This document shows, piece by piece, positions 37,201 to 47,260 of a stretch of 64,000 nt of DNA; position 1 is the stretch's first letter; every line of letters begins with the position of its first letter. The notes beneath the pieces are model-generated. The model had not been told where the DNA came from, made no database searches, and was given only the letters and a program-made list of their open reading frames with translations. A program made the position numbers and the translations under genes. Source of the stretch: a virus. The stretch covers positions 81,742-145,741 of the IMG/VR virus record IMGVR_UViG_3300020419_001178; one strand, written 5' to 3'.

Positions 37201-39837
37201 GGAATAATGAGAGCTACAAACGGAAACAACTCTTACGGAGACTTTGGTTCAGTAGCAGAAGGATTTGATGCTAACGAAACACCACAAACTGCGACAGTAA
37301 ACAACAGGGCAACGGAAGCACAAGTTGATAATATCTTTACAGATGGTTCACAAGTACTTGCCTTAGAATATACTAACGCAGGAGAAACATATAGCAACGC
37401 AACAGCGGCATTTACACAAGTTGCTGGAACAGGATTATCTGTATATTGGGAAGAATTTAGACAAGGAGCTGTTAACAAGATTGAATTAGAACTACCTGAT
37501 GATAGTACAAACATTGGTGGTAGAGGATTTCAATTTGCTACAAACAATGCCCAAGCAGGAGATTTAACAAGTATTACATTATCTGCTTCAGAGTCAAGAA
37601 CAGCATCGCAAATAAACGGTTCAAGAATAGTTATTACAGAAGGTCCAGGAGGCGGACAATATGGTTATATTGTAAATTATAATGCGTCAACAAAAGTAGC
37701 ACAGGTTTATAAAGACAGTACAGGTACACCAGGATTTGATAATTTACTTGCTGGTAAAGTTAATGCTACAGCATTAGGAGCAACAACAGTATATGCTATA
37801 GAACCAAGAGTGACTGTGTCAGCACCAACATTTACTGTTTCAAACAACAGTATTCAAGCAGGTGCTCCAGACGTAGGTTACAGTGATACTTTAGGACTTT
37901 GGTATTACGGAATAACTGGTACTGATGATTTTTATACATCAGCAGATGGAAGTGTTTGGACACAAAGACCAACATCGGGTAGTAATATTACAGCAAAAAA
38001 TTACACAGCATTTTCTAAGTCAGGTCCAATATTAGCGGCCGTGGCAAATGCTACCAATCAATTAGTATTTTCAAATGATGGAGCAACATTTGATACTTCA
38101 ACATTACCAGCAACAAACAATTGGTCAAGAGTACAAATAGGCGGACTTAATGATGATGTAATTATGGCGACTGGAAATAACAATTCAGATATTTACGTTG
38201 GATCATTAGTTACAGCAAGTGATAGTACTGTCGTAACAGGAACTTGGTCAACCAAAGCACTTGGAACAGGAAATAAAAATTGGGTAGGATTGGCTTACGG
38301 AGCAGGCAAATGGATTGCTATTGCTACTGACGGAACAACAGTTACATCAGCTGATAACGGAGTATCATGGAGTTCAGGAACAGCAGTAACACCAGGTGGA
38401 TCAGAAGAATATACTGATTTAGTTTTTGGTAATAATGCTTGGGTAGCATCTATGAAAAATTCAGATAGAGTTATATACAGCGCCGACGGATCAAACTGGT
38501 ACGATGCGGCATTACTAGGAGACTCTACAGCTAACGCATGGAAAGTTGGTTACACTCAAGGAGCTTTTGTTTGTGTAAATGAAAATGGAAATGCTTTAGA
38601 ATCAGGTGACGCACATAACTGGAATGTCATTACAACAGTAAACAATTTGACAGCTATAGTAGGTGGCGTTGCTTCTAATACTCCGACTTGGATAGGTGTA
38701 AGACAAAGCACAGGCACAGGAAATATTATTACGGGTGGTAAGAAAGCATTCGCAAGAGCTGTAGTTGCTACAAATAAAATTAGTCAGTTCTTACTATATG
38801 AAGTAGGTAGTGGATATGATACTTCAAGTCCTCCTACAGTAACAGTTTATGATCCAGAAGAAACAGGAGAACCTTATTATACAGTTACAGTAAGAAATGG
38901 CGTTATAGGACAACCTACTTTTTACAATAGAGGAACTGGATATGCGACAGCAGTTATAGCAATCACTGGTAACGGTTATGCTGAAGCAAAACAAACAGGA
39001 AATTCAATGGTAATTACTGGAATAGATCTTGTTCCAGGACCAGGAGCAAACGTTGTGTTTACAGGAGATGCGACAGTTTACAGATTAGTTAAAGTAACTA
39101 AGACAGAAGGATCTGCTCCTAATAGACAAATTACATTCCAAATATCTCCAATACTTACAAGAGCAACAGCACCATTACATGGTGTAACAGCTACTATAAG
39201 AGAAAGATATTCACAATGTAGATTAACAGGACACGACTTCCTAGATATTGGTACAGGTAACTTTGCTAATACAAATTATCCAGCACTTTATATCGCTGGA
39301 CAAACCAGTGTAAACGAAACTGAACAAGCAAATGAAGTACGTGAAGCCAATGGTGGTAGGGTGTTCTACACAAGTACAGACCAAGATGGTAACTATAGGG
39401 TAGGTGAACTATTTAAAGTTTCACAGGCACAAGGTGGTGTGACTCTAAGTGCTGACTTCTTTAACTTGGAAGGTTTAGACGAAATTAGATTAGGTGGTAT
39501 TAGTGTAGGTGGTACACAAGCTGTTATTAGAGAATTTTCTACAGAAACTACTTTTGTAGCAAATAGTAACAATATTATACCAACAGAAAAAGCACTGAAA
39601 TCATATATTGAGAATAGATTTACAGGAGGTGGATCTAATCTGTTTACAAACGCACTTACAGCGGGACAGATTAAGCTAGAATCAAGGACTATATCCAACA
39701 CAGCTGGATCAAATAATCCAAATGCGATGGCAACAATTTCACCTAACTTTGAAATTAGGGGGTCGTTAGGCGGAGGACTAGCGGCACTTAATATGTTCTT
39801 TTCATCAAGAACTGAAAGAGATGACTTTAACGGATAA
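34291..39837 (+). CDS. Giant fibre protein: Trp/Tyr-rich CBM-like repeats, beta-helix, Asp-box propeller
   Basis: Repeats W...Y..NDIVKYGG..Y.C...HT; SxDGxxW Asp-boxes; late promoter at 34268. Confidence 0.72.
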   Translation: MADFKLSRIRFNWKGNWSGGADYIVDDMIHYNGYTYVALRTHTSADFYNDLAGTDKTPAQPKWKKQSEGVSWKKDWSTSTLYSVGNIVKYGASVYQCTESHTSSGTLASGTDGLVADITKWTLVAVSSADWKYNWTVSTLYRINDLVRYNGKVYKCTAQHVSAVTILLGLEADQAKWTVLSDSDTWRATWAIGTRYKVNDIVKYGGIVYKCITGHTSADNTALGLEEDQAKWEIQISGIEYKSLWTGEVRYKVNDIVKRGGNLMKCIVGHTATAGDNGFQTDYATSKWSIYLPGTEYDSVWDNGVYYQSGDLVLYGGYIYKAVTFNTNKPPSQYTGDWNLTFEGYKFRGDWNLAGSEDSADINYLTGDIVRLTGTLYIAIQDSTNLQPDQWPTYWEKLVDGRNFRNFWEDNTEYYQGDIVTWAGTAYVSLKYHRSTESASRPDLDVEQPDNDYWKLMILGNRTNKLARKGDLKTFEDQDSTAIDTQRLAIGQDGAALISTGTMPAWDLIDLANNVYYVSTDGIDDPDRGGTLNAPFRTVRYATQYLFLDEVNRVGTGATISVAAGDYKEVLPISLPAKVALVGAELRSTSISPALNGIDVVLGPRNAKGEQTALTIPTLNERNDMFYVRNSCGIRRLTLRGLTGVLSVANTYGTKRPSGGAFVSLDPGTGSSDTDVWIASKSKAYYTPSTATYNPADGVFTMTLPTQQYTVTDATYDPKSGVMVATIGNHTLDVGETIRIATESVSFTCSKDNYTSVHAYPRISDPAAGADIRIFDKSATTISVNVGKSKDTDQYTHKFSSATNNGITWNHNLKVGNSIAIAGNAFTFTCTMDGNTAQKTYPRVTDPAYNQKLAITAVTTTSFTVNVGKSSASDQYAHTFVSVNPESVSFERISAGRSPYIQGVTTIGDNCVGMKIDGALHNGGNRSIVANDFTQVLSDGIGYWATNLGRSELVSVFTYYAHIGYLAENGGIMRATNGNNSYGDFGSVAEGFDANETPQTATVNNRATEAQVDNIFTDGSQVLALEYTNAGETYSNATAAFTQVAGTGLSVYWEEFRQGAVNKIELELPDDSTNIGGRGFQFATNNAQAGDLTSITLSASESRTASQINGSRIVITEGPGGGQYGYIVNYNASTKVAQVYKDSTGTPGFDNLLAGKVNATALGATTVYAIEPRVTVSAPTFTVSNNSIQAGAPDVGYSDTLGLWYYGITGTDDFYTSADGSVWTQRPTSGSNITAKNYTAFSKSGPILAAVANATNQLVFSNDGATFDTSTLPATNNWSRVQIGGLNDDVIMATGNNNSDIYVGSLVTASDSTVVTGTWSTKALGTGNKNWVGLAYGAGKWIAIATDGTTVTSADNGVSWSSGTAVTPGGSEEYTDLVFGNNAWVASMKNSDRVIYSADGSNWYDAALLGDSTANAWKVGYTQGAFVCVNENGNALESGDAHNWNVITTVNNLTAIVGGVASNTPTWIGVRQSTGTGNIITGGKKAFARAVVATNKISQFLLYEVGSGYDTSSPPTVTVYDPEETGEPYYTVTVRNGVIGQPTFYNRGTGYATAVIAITGNGYAEAKQTGNSMVITGIDLVPGPGANVVFTGDATVYRLVKVTKTEGSAPNRQITFQISPILTRATAPLHGVTATIRERYSQCRLTGHDFLDIGTGNFANTNYPALYIAGQTSVNETEQANEVREANGGRVFYTSTDQDGNYRVGELFKVSQAQGGVTLSADFFNLEGLDEIRLGGISVGGTQAVIREFSTETTFVANSNNIIPTEKALKSYIENRFTGGGSNLFTNALTAGQIKLESRTISNTAGSNNPNAMATISPNFEIRGSLGGGLAALNMFFSSRTERDDFNG

Positions 39838-39873
39838 TGATAAATATGTATAATACCAAGAACGGAGCAAAAA

Positions 39874-42800
39874 ATGGCAGAATTTAAACTAGGTAGAATT
39901 AGATTTATCTGGAAAGACAACTGGGTAGCTTCTACTGCATATCTAAAAGATGACGTAATTAGATATGGTGGAAGAACTTATGTTTGTGTTACTGGACATA
40001 CAGCAGGTTCTAATTTCTACACTGATATATCAAACTGGAACAATTTCAGTGACGGTACTCAATGGAAAAGTGATTGGAGTGCGGCAACATTTTACAAAAT
40101 TAATGACATCGTAAGATACGGTGGTATCATTTACATTTGTAACAGTGGACACACAGCACAATCAACACTAGAAGCTGATCAATCAAAATGGGATCAGTTT
40201 GCTACATCAATTGACTGGAAAGATAATTGGGTAGCTGGAACAGTTTATAAAGCAAACGACTTGGTAAAATATGGTGGAAACATTTACATTTGTAACACTG
40301 GTCATACTGCCGCGGCCACTAATGCACTTGGACTTGAAGCTGATATTTTAAAATGGGACCTATTCTCCGAAGGTCAAGATTGGAAACAGAACTGGGCTAT
40401 AAACACAAGATATAAAATTAACGATATTGTAAAATATGGTGGAACTTTATATGTTTGTAATACAGGACATACTTCAAATGCATCTGCGGCAAGCGGACTT
40501 GAAGCCGATCAAGCAAAATGGGATTATTTAAATAAAGGAATTGAATATTTAGGTGAGTGGGCAAATAGTTATAGATACAAAATTAATGATGTTGTATTAT
40601 ATGGTGCTACTCTTTGGATTTGTACAACACAACATACTTCAGTTGTTACAAATGCAGATTCACAACTAGGTACACTTCAAGCAGATATTACAAACTGGGA
40701 AAAATTTGTTCCTGGATTGGAATTTGAAAATACATGGCAAGGTGATGAAAGATATCAACCAGGTGACTTTGTAACTTATGGTGGTAATCAATACGTAGCA
40801 AATCAAAATGTATACGGTGATGTTCCTCCAGCAAGTGCTAAATGGGATCTTGTAACATCAGGATTTAATTTAAGAGGCGACTGGGGAGATGACTCAACAA
40901 ACCAAGAATACAAAGTTGGTGATGTTGTAAGACTAGGTGGTTATACTTATCTTGCTACAGCTAACAGTACAGGACAACGTCCACCCAACGCAACTTATTG
41001 GTCAAGATTAAACCAAGGTATTGAGTGGAAAAATACTTGGACTACAGCTACATTATATGATTTAGGTGATGCTGTCCGTTACGGATTAATCAGTTATGTT
41101 TGTGTACAAGCACATACTTCTGATACAGCAAAAAGACCAGACAACGACTCAGCAGGTGCTTTTTGGAATAACCTAGCGTCAGGTGCTGAGGAAAGCACAA
41201 TTACAACACAAGGTGACTTATTATACTTTGGTGGATCAGGTCCAACTAGATTACCAATTGGAGCAGACGGTCAAGTATTAAGTGTATCAAGCGGTGGCAT
41301 TCCAGAGTGGAAAGACTTTGGTGCTGTACCAGATGTATTTTATGTTTCAACAGGAGTTGGTACAGATAATCCTACTCCAACAAACGGAACTACATTAGAT
41401 AGACCTTGGAAAACAATTAGATACGCATGTGATCAAATTGAAAAAGGTGCTAAGAATCCTAATGCTGTAGGATTGCTAGAAAAGAATAGAATGTTTATAG
41501 CATACGAAACTGCTAAATGGGCTAAGAGACAAATTATTACTCAAACAAGTCCGTTCTTTATTGGATTTGCTTTTGATGAAGCCAAGTTCCAAAGACTAGC
41601 AGGATTTGCTTTAGATGCGATAACAGTTGATTTAAGAAGAGGCGGAAACGTAGAAACACGTAGAGCCGGACAGGCAATGAAAGACAACATAAGTGGCGAT
41701 TTCTTTGATACAGGATCAGAAACACAAAACGTTGCGGCATTGAATCATGTTATTTCTTTATGTAGTGATGTTATTACAAGTGCTACACCATCCGCTGATT
41801 ATCAAGCATTAGATGGAATAGCAGAAGCTGATAGATATTTACAAACAAAAGATGCTACATTGACTGCAGAGTCAACTGCTTTATCTACATTAACAACAAA
41901 TATGGCAGTAATTACTAGTTCTATTACACTTGGAGCAGGTTATGCTCTTCCAACGGAAGTAAAACTACACAAAGTATTACTTGTAAAAACAGGTACTTAC
42001 AAAGAAGTTCTTCCAATTAGGGTTCCAGAAAGAGTTGCTATAGTTGGAGACGAATTACGTTCAACTAGAGTAGAACCAGCAGGACAATTAACTAATTCGG
42101 GTGATACTACGTATTCATTAGCTGGTATTCTTCATATGAAGAGTATACTAGATGATATCATTGAAGGTACTGCTATTACACGTCAAACAGGAAATACACT
42201 TACACAAGATGTATCAAAACCAAATAGTACTTCAGCTGTATCAGCTATTGTAACAGAATTATCACAAGAATTATATGATAAAATTGATTATGAAGTAAAC
42301 GGTGCGTCAGGTGATTCTACTGCTCCTACTATTAGAGGATCAAATACAAGAGTAGATGACCAAGATAAATTTGCTGGTGTAAGAGCTATAATGATGAATA
42401 AAGATTTTATAGCAAGAGATGTTACAAAATATATTGCTGTAAACTATCCTTCATATACTTTTGATACTGCTCAATGTGAGTCAGATGTTAAAAACTACTT
42501 GGATGGATTTATATTTGATTTAACATTTAGTTACAGCGAAGCTTCAAACTACGCTACAATCTATAACGGATTATATTATGGAAACAGCGTAAATGGATCT
42601 TTATTGGAAAACATGTATCTATTAAGAGATGCTACAGGTATTAGAAACCAAACACTAGGTGGATTAAGCGGAACATTAGGATCAGCAAACGCATATGGAA
42701 CTAAACGTCCAACAGCAGGAGCATATTGTTCATTAGATCCAGGATGGGGACCAGACGATACAAGAGTTTGGATTCAAACAAGATCTCCATATGTACAAGG

Positions 42801-44721
42801 TGTAACAAACTTTGGTACAGCATGTATTGGATTAAAGATTGATGGTGATTTACATAATGGTGGTAACGATTCAATTGTTGCTAACGACTTTACACAGGTG
42901 TTAAGTGATGGTATCGGAGCTTGGGTTACAAACTTAGGTAGAGCAGAACTTGTTTCTGTGTTCTCATACTATGGACACATTGGTTATCTATCAGAAAACG
43001 GCGGTAAGATACGTGGTACTAACGGAAACTGTTCATACGGTGACTTTGGTGCTGTATCAGAAGGCGTTGACGGAAGTGAAACTCCAATTACAGGTGGTGT
43101 GAATAATAGAAGACTTGAAGCACAAGTTGGTAGAGCTTTAACTGATGGAAGTGCTATTATACATTTTGAATACACTAACGCAGGTAACAACTATACCAAT
43201 GCTACTTACACAATCAGTGGTGCTGGATATGGTGCTGTTATAGCAAATGCTAACGCTGTAAACAATGGTATATTTGAAGTCAGACTTAGAAATCCAGACG
43301 ATGGATCTACTTATAATACAACAGATGTTGATAACGACGGTTCATTAAATGATCCGGATGTTATTGGTGGTAGAGGTTATGTATCAAGTGAGAATACAGC
43401 ACAGGGCGGTAACGCAACAACTATTATCCTTTCAAACACTGAAACAGCTAACACATCTAAATATGTTGGCATGAGAGTTGTAATTACAGCGGGAACTGGT
43501 GCTGGACAATACGCACAAATTACTGCATACAATCCAGGAACGAAAGTTGCCAACGTTGCTAAAGAATCAGATGGAACAGCTGGATGGGATACATGGCACT
43601 ATTCAAATGGTATTCAATCTACTTTAGATGCTACAACAACTTATTCAATAGAGCCAAGATGTATAATTTCCGGCGGTGGAGGAACTGGAGCTCAGGTTAG
43701 AGCACAAGTTTCCAACGGTAGAATTACACAGTTTTATATTGTAAATCCAGGAAGCGGATATACAAGTGGTCCATCAATGTTAATTGTTGATAACAATGAA
43801 ACTATTGAAGCACCATTTGAAATTAGAATTGGTAACGGAGTATTAACACAACCTACATGGACTAGTAGAGGTATTGACTTTGAAACAGCAGGTGCTACCT
43901 TAGTAGGTGACGGTTATGGAGATATATTCCAATCCAAGAACTTCTTAAATGTATACGGAATGACTGATCAACCAGAAGAAGGTTCAAATCTTGTGTTAGA
44001 CGGAGATAGCAGATTCTTCAAGGTAGTGTTTGTAAGAGAACTTACTGGAAGTGCTGGAAACTACTCCGCAAACTTACAAGTTTCACCAAACTTAGGTGTA
44101 GAAAAAGCACCTATACATGGCACAAACATCAGTATAAGAAAACGTTTTAGTCAGGTTAGATTAACAGGACACGACTTCCTAGACATTGGTACAGGTAACT
44201 TTGCTAGTACCAACTATCCAGGAACACCTGCTACGCCTAATGACGCAAACGACGAAGTTAAAGAGTTTGGCGGAGGAAGAGTATTTTACACTTCAACTGA
44301 CCAAGATGGTAACTTTAGAGTAGGAAGATTGTTCAACGTTGAACAGTCAACTGGTTCTGCGAGTTTGAACACAAGTGCGTTTAGTTTAGCAGGACTACAA
44401 GAACTTTCATTAGGAGCTGTGGGTCTTGGTGAAAGTGGAGCAACTATTAACGAATTTAGTACAGACGGTACGTTTAGTGCTAATTCTAACAGCGTTGTTC
44501 CGACTCAGGCGGCTATTATAACTTACATCAATTCACAAATTGGTGGAGGTTCAAGTAGTCTAAACGTTAACGCAGTTACAGCTGGTAAAATAAATATCAC
44601 TGGAAACACGATTGGTACAACTGACAATTCGCAGATTACTGTCACTACTGGAATGAATTTCAACGGTGGTGTATTAGGATCTCCGGTTGCCATGTCGTAC
44701 TTTTTAACAAGTAAAACATAA
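39874..44721 (+). CDS. Giant fibre protein, paralogue of 34291
   Basis: Same N-terminus (MAEFKLGRIRF), same repeats, shared RLTGHDFLDIGTG and FYTSTDQDGN; late promoter at 39841. Confidence 0.72.
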   Translation: MAEFKLGRIRFIWKDNWVASTAYLKDDVIRYGGRTYVCVTGHTAGSNFYTDISNWNNFSDGTQWKSDWSAATFYKINDIVRYGGIIYICNSGHTAQSTLEADQSKWDQFATSIDWKDNWVAGTVYKANDLVKYGGNIYICNTGHTAAATNALGLEADILKWDLFSEGQDWKQNWAINTRYKINDIVKYGGTLYVCNTGHTSNASAASGLEADQAKWDYLNKGIEYLGEWANSYRYKINDVVLYGATLWICTTQHTSVVTNADSQLGTLQADITNWEKFVPGLEFENTWQGDERYQPGDFVTYGGNQYVANQNVYGDVPPASAKWDLVTSGFNLRGDWGDDSTNQEYKVGDVVRLGGYTYLATANSTGQRPPNATYWSRLNQGIEWKNTWTTATLYDLGDAVRYGLISYVCVQAHTSDTAKRPDNDSAGAFWNNLASGAEESTITTQGDLLYFGGSGPTRLPIGADGQVLSVSSGGIPEWKDFGAVPDVFYVSTGVGTDNPTPTNGTTLDRPWKTIRYACDQIEKGAKNPNAVGLLEKNRMFIAYETAKWAKRQIITQTSPFFIGFAFDEAKFQRLAGFALDAITVDLRRGGNVETRRAGQAMKDNISGDFFDTGSETQNVAALNHVISLCSDVITSATPSADYQALDGIAEADRYLQTKDATLTAESTALSTLTTNMAVITSSITLGAGYALPTEVKLHKVLLVKTGTYKEVLPIRVPERVAIVGDELRSTRVEPAGQLTNSGDTTYSLAGILHMKSILDDIIEGTAITRQTGNTLTQDVSKPNSTSAVSAIVTELSQELYDKIDYEVNGASGDSTAPTIRGSNTRVDDQDKFAGVRAIMMNKDFIARDVTKYIAVNYPSYTFDTAQCESDVKNYLDGFIFDLTFSYSEASNYATIYNGLYYGNSVNGSLLENMYLLRDATGIRNQTLGGLSGTLGSANAYGTKRPTAGAYCSLDPGWGPDDTRVWIQTRSPYVQGVTNFGTACIGLKIDGDLHNGGNDSIVANDFTQVLSDGIGAWVTNLGRAELVSVFSYYGHIGYLSENGGKIRGTNGNCSYGDFGAVSEGVDGSETPITGGVNNRRLEAQVGRALTDGSAIIHFEYTNAGNNYTNATYTISGAGYGAVIANANAVNNGIFEVRLRNPDDGSTYNTTDVDNDGSLNDPDVIGGRGYVSSENTAQGGNATTIILSNTETANTSKYVGMRVVITAGTGAGQYAQITAYNPGTKVANVAKESDGTAGWDTWHYSNGIQSTLDATTTYSIEPRCIISGGGGTGAQVRAQVSNGRITQFYIVNPGSGYTSGPSMLIVDNNETIEAPFEIRIGNGVLTQPTWTSRGIDFETAGATLVGDGYGDIFQSKNFLNVYGMTDQPEEGSNLVLDGDSRFFKVVFVRELTGSAGNYSANLQVSPNLGVEKAPIHGTNISIRKRFSQVRLTGHDFLDIGTGNFASTNYPGTPATPNDANDEVKEFGGGRVFYTSTDQDGNFRVGRLFNVEQSTGSASLNTSAFSLAGLQELSLGAVGLGESGATINEFSTDGTFSANSNSVVPTQAAIITYINSQIGGGSSSLNVNAVTAGKINITGNTIGTTDNSQITVTTGMNFNGGVLGSPVAMSYFLTSKT

Positions 44722-44750
44722 TGGCTAAATATAGAAAAGAGGAGTAATAA

Positions 44751-45077
44751 ATGGCAACAGGAGTATTAGGATCAAACGATTTATCAGCCGCAACTGATAC
44801 AAGCGTTTACACGGTTCCGGCAGATACTTACAGCGTGGTAACTGTATCGTTTTGTAATAGAGGTGCTTCAACAGCTAGTATTAGATTAGCTGTAGCAGGC
44901 TCTGGTACACCAACGGCGGCAGAATATCTAGAATACGATGTATCTCTAGGACCAAACGGTGTATTAGAAAGAACTGGTATTGTGGCACAGGCTACTAAAA
45001 TAATTGTTGCTCGATCATCAGCTACCAGCGTAAGTTGTGTAGTAATGGGTATCGAGACAGCTATACCGGCTACATAA
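44751..45077 (+). CDS. Small beta-rich virion protein (paralogue family)
   Basis: VYTVPA...VSFCNR; late promoter at 44726. Confidence 0.6.
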   Translation: MATGVLGSNDLSAATDTSVYTVPADTYSVVTVSFCNRGASTASIRLAVAGSGTPTAAEYLEYDVSLGPNGVLERTGIVAQATKIIVARSSATSVSCVVMGIETAIPAT

Positions 45078-45091
45078 GGATAGGAAAGAAA

Positions 45092-45541
45092 ATGGGAAGA
45101 CGAATTTCACTAGGTTCACCAGGTTTAACTATACCTTTTGGGAACACGGCACAAAGGACATCAAACGCGGGAGCAGGTTCTATAAGATATAACACACAAG
45201 TAAATGTGTTAGAACTTTATAACGGAACAAACTGGATTCCTGTGGGTGTTTTAAATGCTAAAACAGTCACAACTACGTATACAGCGGCATCTGGAGAACA
45301 GTTGTTTGTTGATACTAATGGTGGAGGCTTTACTATTAACCTACCTGCTGGACCAGCAGTAGGAGATGTTGTTAGATTTTTCGATCTAAGAAAAACATTT
45401 GATAGTAATAACTTAACTATTGGTAGAAACGGCAAACCAATTCAAGGTGATGCGAGTAACATGACTGTTAACTCAGAAGGCGCGGCGTTCGACCTCGTAT
45501 ACTCAGGTGATAGTTACGGTTGGCGTATCCTAACTGTATAA
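45092..45541 (+). CDS. Tail-fibre connector-like protein (start reassigned to ATG 45092)
   Basis: FVDTNGGGFTINLPAGPAVGDVVRFFD motif of T4-like fibre proteins; SD upstream of 45092. Confidence 0.6.
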   Translation: MGRRISLGSPGLTIPFGNTAQRTSNAGAGSIRYNTQVNVLELYNGTNWIPVGVLNAKTVTTTYTAASGEQLFVDTNGGGFTINLPAGPAVGDVVRFFDLRKTFDSNNLTIGRNGKPIQGDASNMTVNSEGAAFDLVYSGDSYGWRILTV

Positions 45542-45562
45542 TATTATTGGAGAGAGAACCAA

Positions 45563-46402
45563 ATGGCAAGTTACGCAAGTTATAAGAAGGTTACATCAGA
45601 AGGCATACCAAACGGTGCCATTACTAGGAGTAAATTACAGCCTGGTGCGGGTGCTTGTAGGAAAGTGCAATACATTTACAACGAACGTGGATTACGTTGC
45701 CACATGTGTGCGAGACAAAGTGGTTGTTGTGAACAAGCAAATGGTAAATGCTGTTATTGGTGCGTTCCTAGTAACGTATACAAAGTAACTTTTGAAATAT
45801 GGAGTGGCGGAGGCGGAGGCCCCGGACACACCTGTTGTAATAACTGTTCATTTGCTATTGGCGGATCAGGTGGAAATTACGCATTAAAGACTATTGACAC
45901 AAACCCAGGATGTCAATATACTGTATGTGCTGGCGGAAGTTGGCCATGTGGTAAATCACATACATGCGGAGCAGGTATGGGATGTCGTTCATATGTAAAC
46001 GGTCACAATCTAAGTAACTTTTGTGTTACAGGAGCATGTGGCGGTTGGATGTGTAATGGTGACGCATGGGGTCAAAGACATATGACTCACAGTTGTGCTA
46101 ACTGTTTAATATGCGGAGTCTTTGGAGCAGATTTTGGTGGAATGGGAGCTACTGGAAGAAAAGCAGGAACTACTACTTGTAGATGTCATGGACAAACAGG
46201 TTATAGTGGTGAAGCATTTGGAATGGGTGTAATAGGCGGAACAGCAACTAATGAAGCATGGTGCTCATGTGGTTGTCACATTGTTTGGCCTGCTGGTGGA
46301 GGTATGCCAGGCACTTCTAGTTATTGTAATAACTGGGCAAAATGCTGTGCTGGTGGTTCTGGACAAGGTGGATCAGGAATTGTTAAAATAACATTCGTGT
46401 AA
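45563..46402 (+). CDS. Cys/Gly-rich adhesin-like protein, paralogue 1 (30 Cys)
   Basis: VTFEIWSGGGGG...GGSGIVKITF glycine-rich fibre-tip framework. Confidence 0.6.
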   Translation: MASYASYKKVTSEGIPNGAITRSKLQPGAGACRKVQYIYNERGLRCHMCARQSGCCEQANGKCCYWCVPSNVYKVTFEIWSGGGGGPGHTCCNNCSFAIGGSGGNYALKTIDTNPGCQYTVCAGGSWPCGKSHTCGAGMGCRSYVNGHNLSNFCVTGACGGWMCNGDAWGQRHMTHSCANCLICGVFGADFGGMGATGRKAGTTTCRCHGQTGYSGEAFGMGVIGGTATNEAWCSCGCHIVWPAGGGMPGTSSYCNNWAKCCAGGSGQGGSGIVKITFV

Positions 46403-46414
46403 GGAAAAATAATT

Positions 46415-47251
46415 ATGGCAACATACGCAAGTTACAAAACATTAACAGCAGAAAATTTTACTGATAACAGTATATCTGCCAGTAAACTTGGTGCAGGAGC
46501 AGGACACAAATACTGTACTAAATGGATTTATAACGAACGTGGCCTAAGATGTCACGCTTGTTCTGATGCTGGTGACTGTTGCGAACAAGCTAACGGAAAA
46601 TGTTGTTACTGGTGCGTACCAACCGGAGCAAGTAAAGTAACTTTTGAAATATGGTCAGGTGGTGGAGCAGGTGGTGGAAATACCTGTTGTAACAACTGTT
46701 CTCACTCAGCAGGAGGATCAGGAGGAAGCTATGCTATAAAAACTATTAGTAGCTGTCCTGGTTGTCAGTATACTGTTTGTGCTGGTGGAACATGGCCTTG
46801 TTCTAAATCACATACTTGTGGCCCAGGAATGGGTTGTAGAAGTTACGTTAACGGACATAATTTATCAAACTTTTGTGTAACAGGTGGATGCTCAGGTTGG
46901 ATGTGTAACGGAGATGCGTGGGGACCACGACATACACAGACTTGTGCTAACTGCTTAATATGCGGAGTTTTTGGAGCAGACTTTGGAATAATGGGTTCAA
47001 CTGGAGTATCAGGCGGACACGGTGCTTGTCAATGTAAATCAGCTGACTGGATGCAGTCAGGTGTAGCACCATTCGTTGGAAGAACAATGACACACTCACA
47101 CGCAGAAGCATGGTGTGGTTGTGCTTGTTATGTAAATTGGCCAGCAGGCGGCGGAGCATCAGGAACAAGTTCATATTGTAATAACTGGGCAAAGTGCTGT
47201 GCTGGTGGAAACATGGGAGGATCGGGATTAGTAAAAATCACGTTCGCATAA
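46415..47251 (+). CDS. Cys/Gly-rich adhesin-like protein, paralogue 2 (31 Cys)
   Basis: Colinear with paralogue 1, same Cys spacing. Confidence 0.6.
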   Translation: MATYASYKTLTAENFTDNSISASKLGAGAGHKYCTKWIYNERGLRCHACSDAGDCCEQANGKCCYWCVPTGASKVTFEIWSGGGAGGGNTCCNNCSHSAGGSGGSYAIKTISSCPGCQYTVCAGGTWPCSKSHTCGPGMGCRSYVNGHNLSNFCVTGGCSGWMCNGDAWGPRHTQTCANCLICGVFGADFGIMGSTGVSGGHGACQCKSADWMQSGVAPFVGRTMTHSHAEAWCGCACYVNWPAGGGASGTSSYCNNWAKCCAGGNMGGSGLVKITFA

Positions 47252-47260
47252 GGATATAAA

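Noticed and set aside
34291-44721. Trp/Tyr-rich repeats as a DNA repeat array or mobile element
   Set aside because: Degenerate protein-level domain repeats within intact ORFs
45035-45091. Track start sites at 45035, 48980, 53732 and 56426
   Set aside because: Downstream starts (45092, 48992, 53762, 56438) have properly spaced SD sequences and avoid long overlaps
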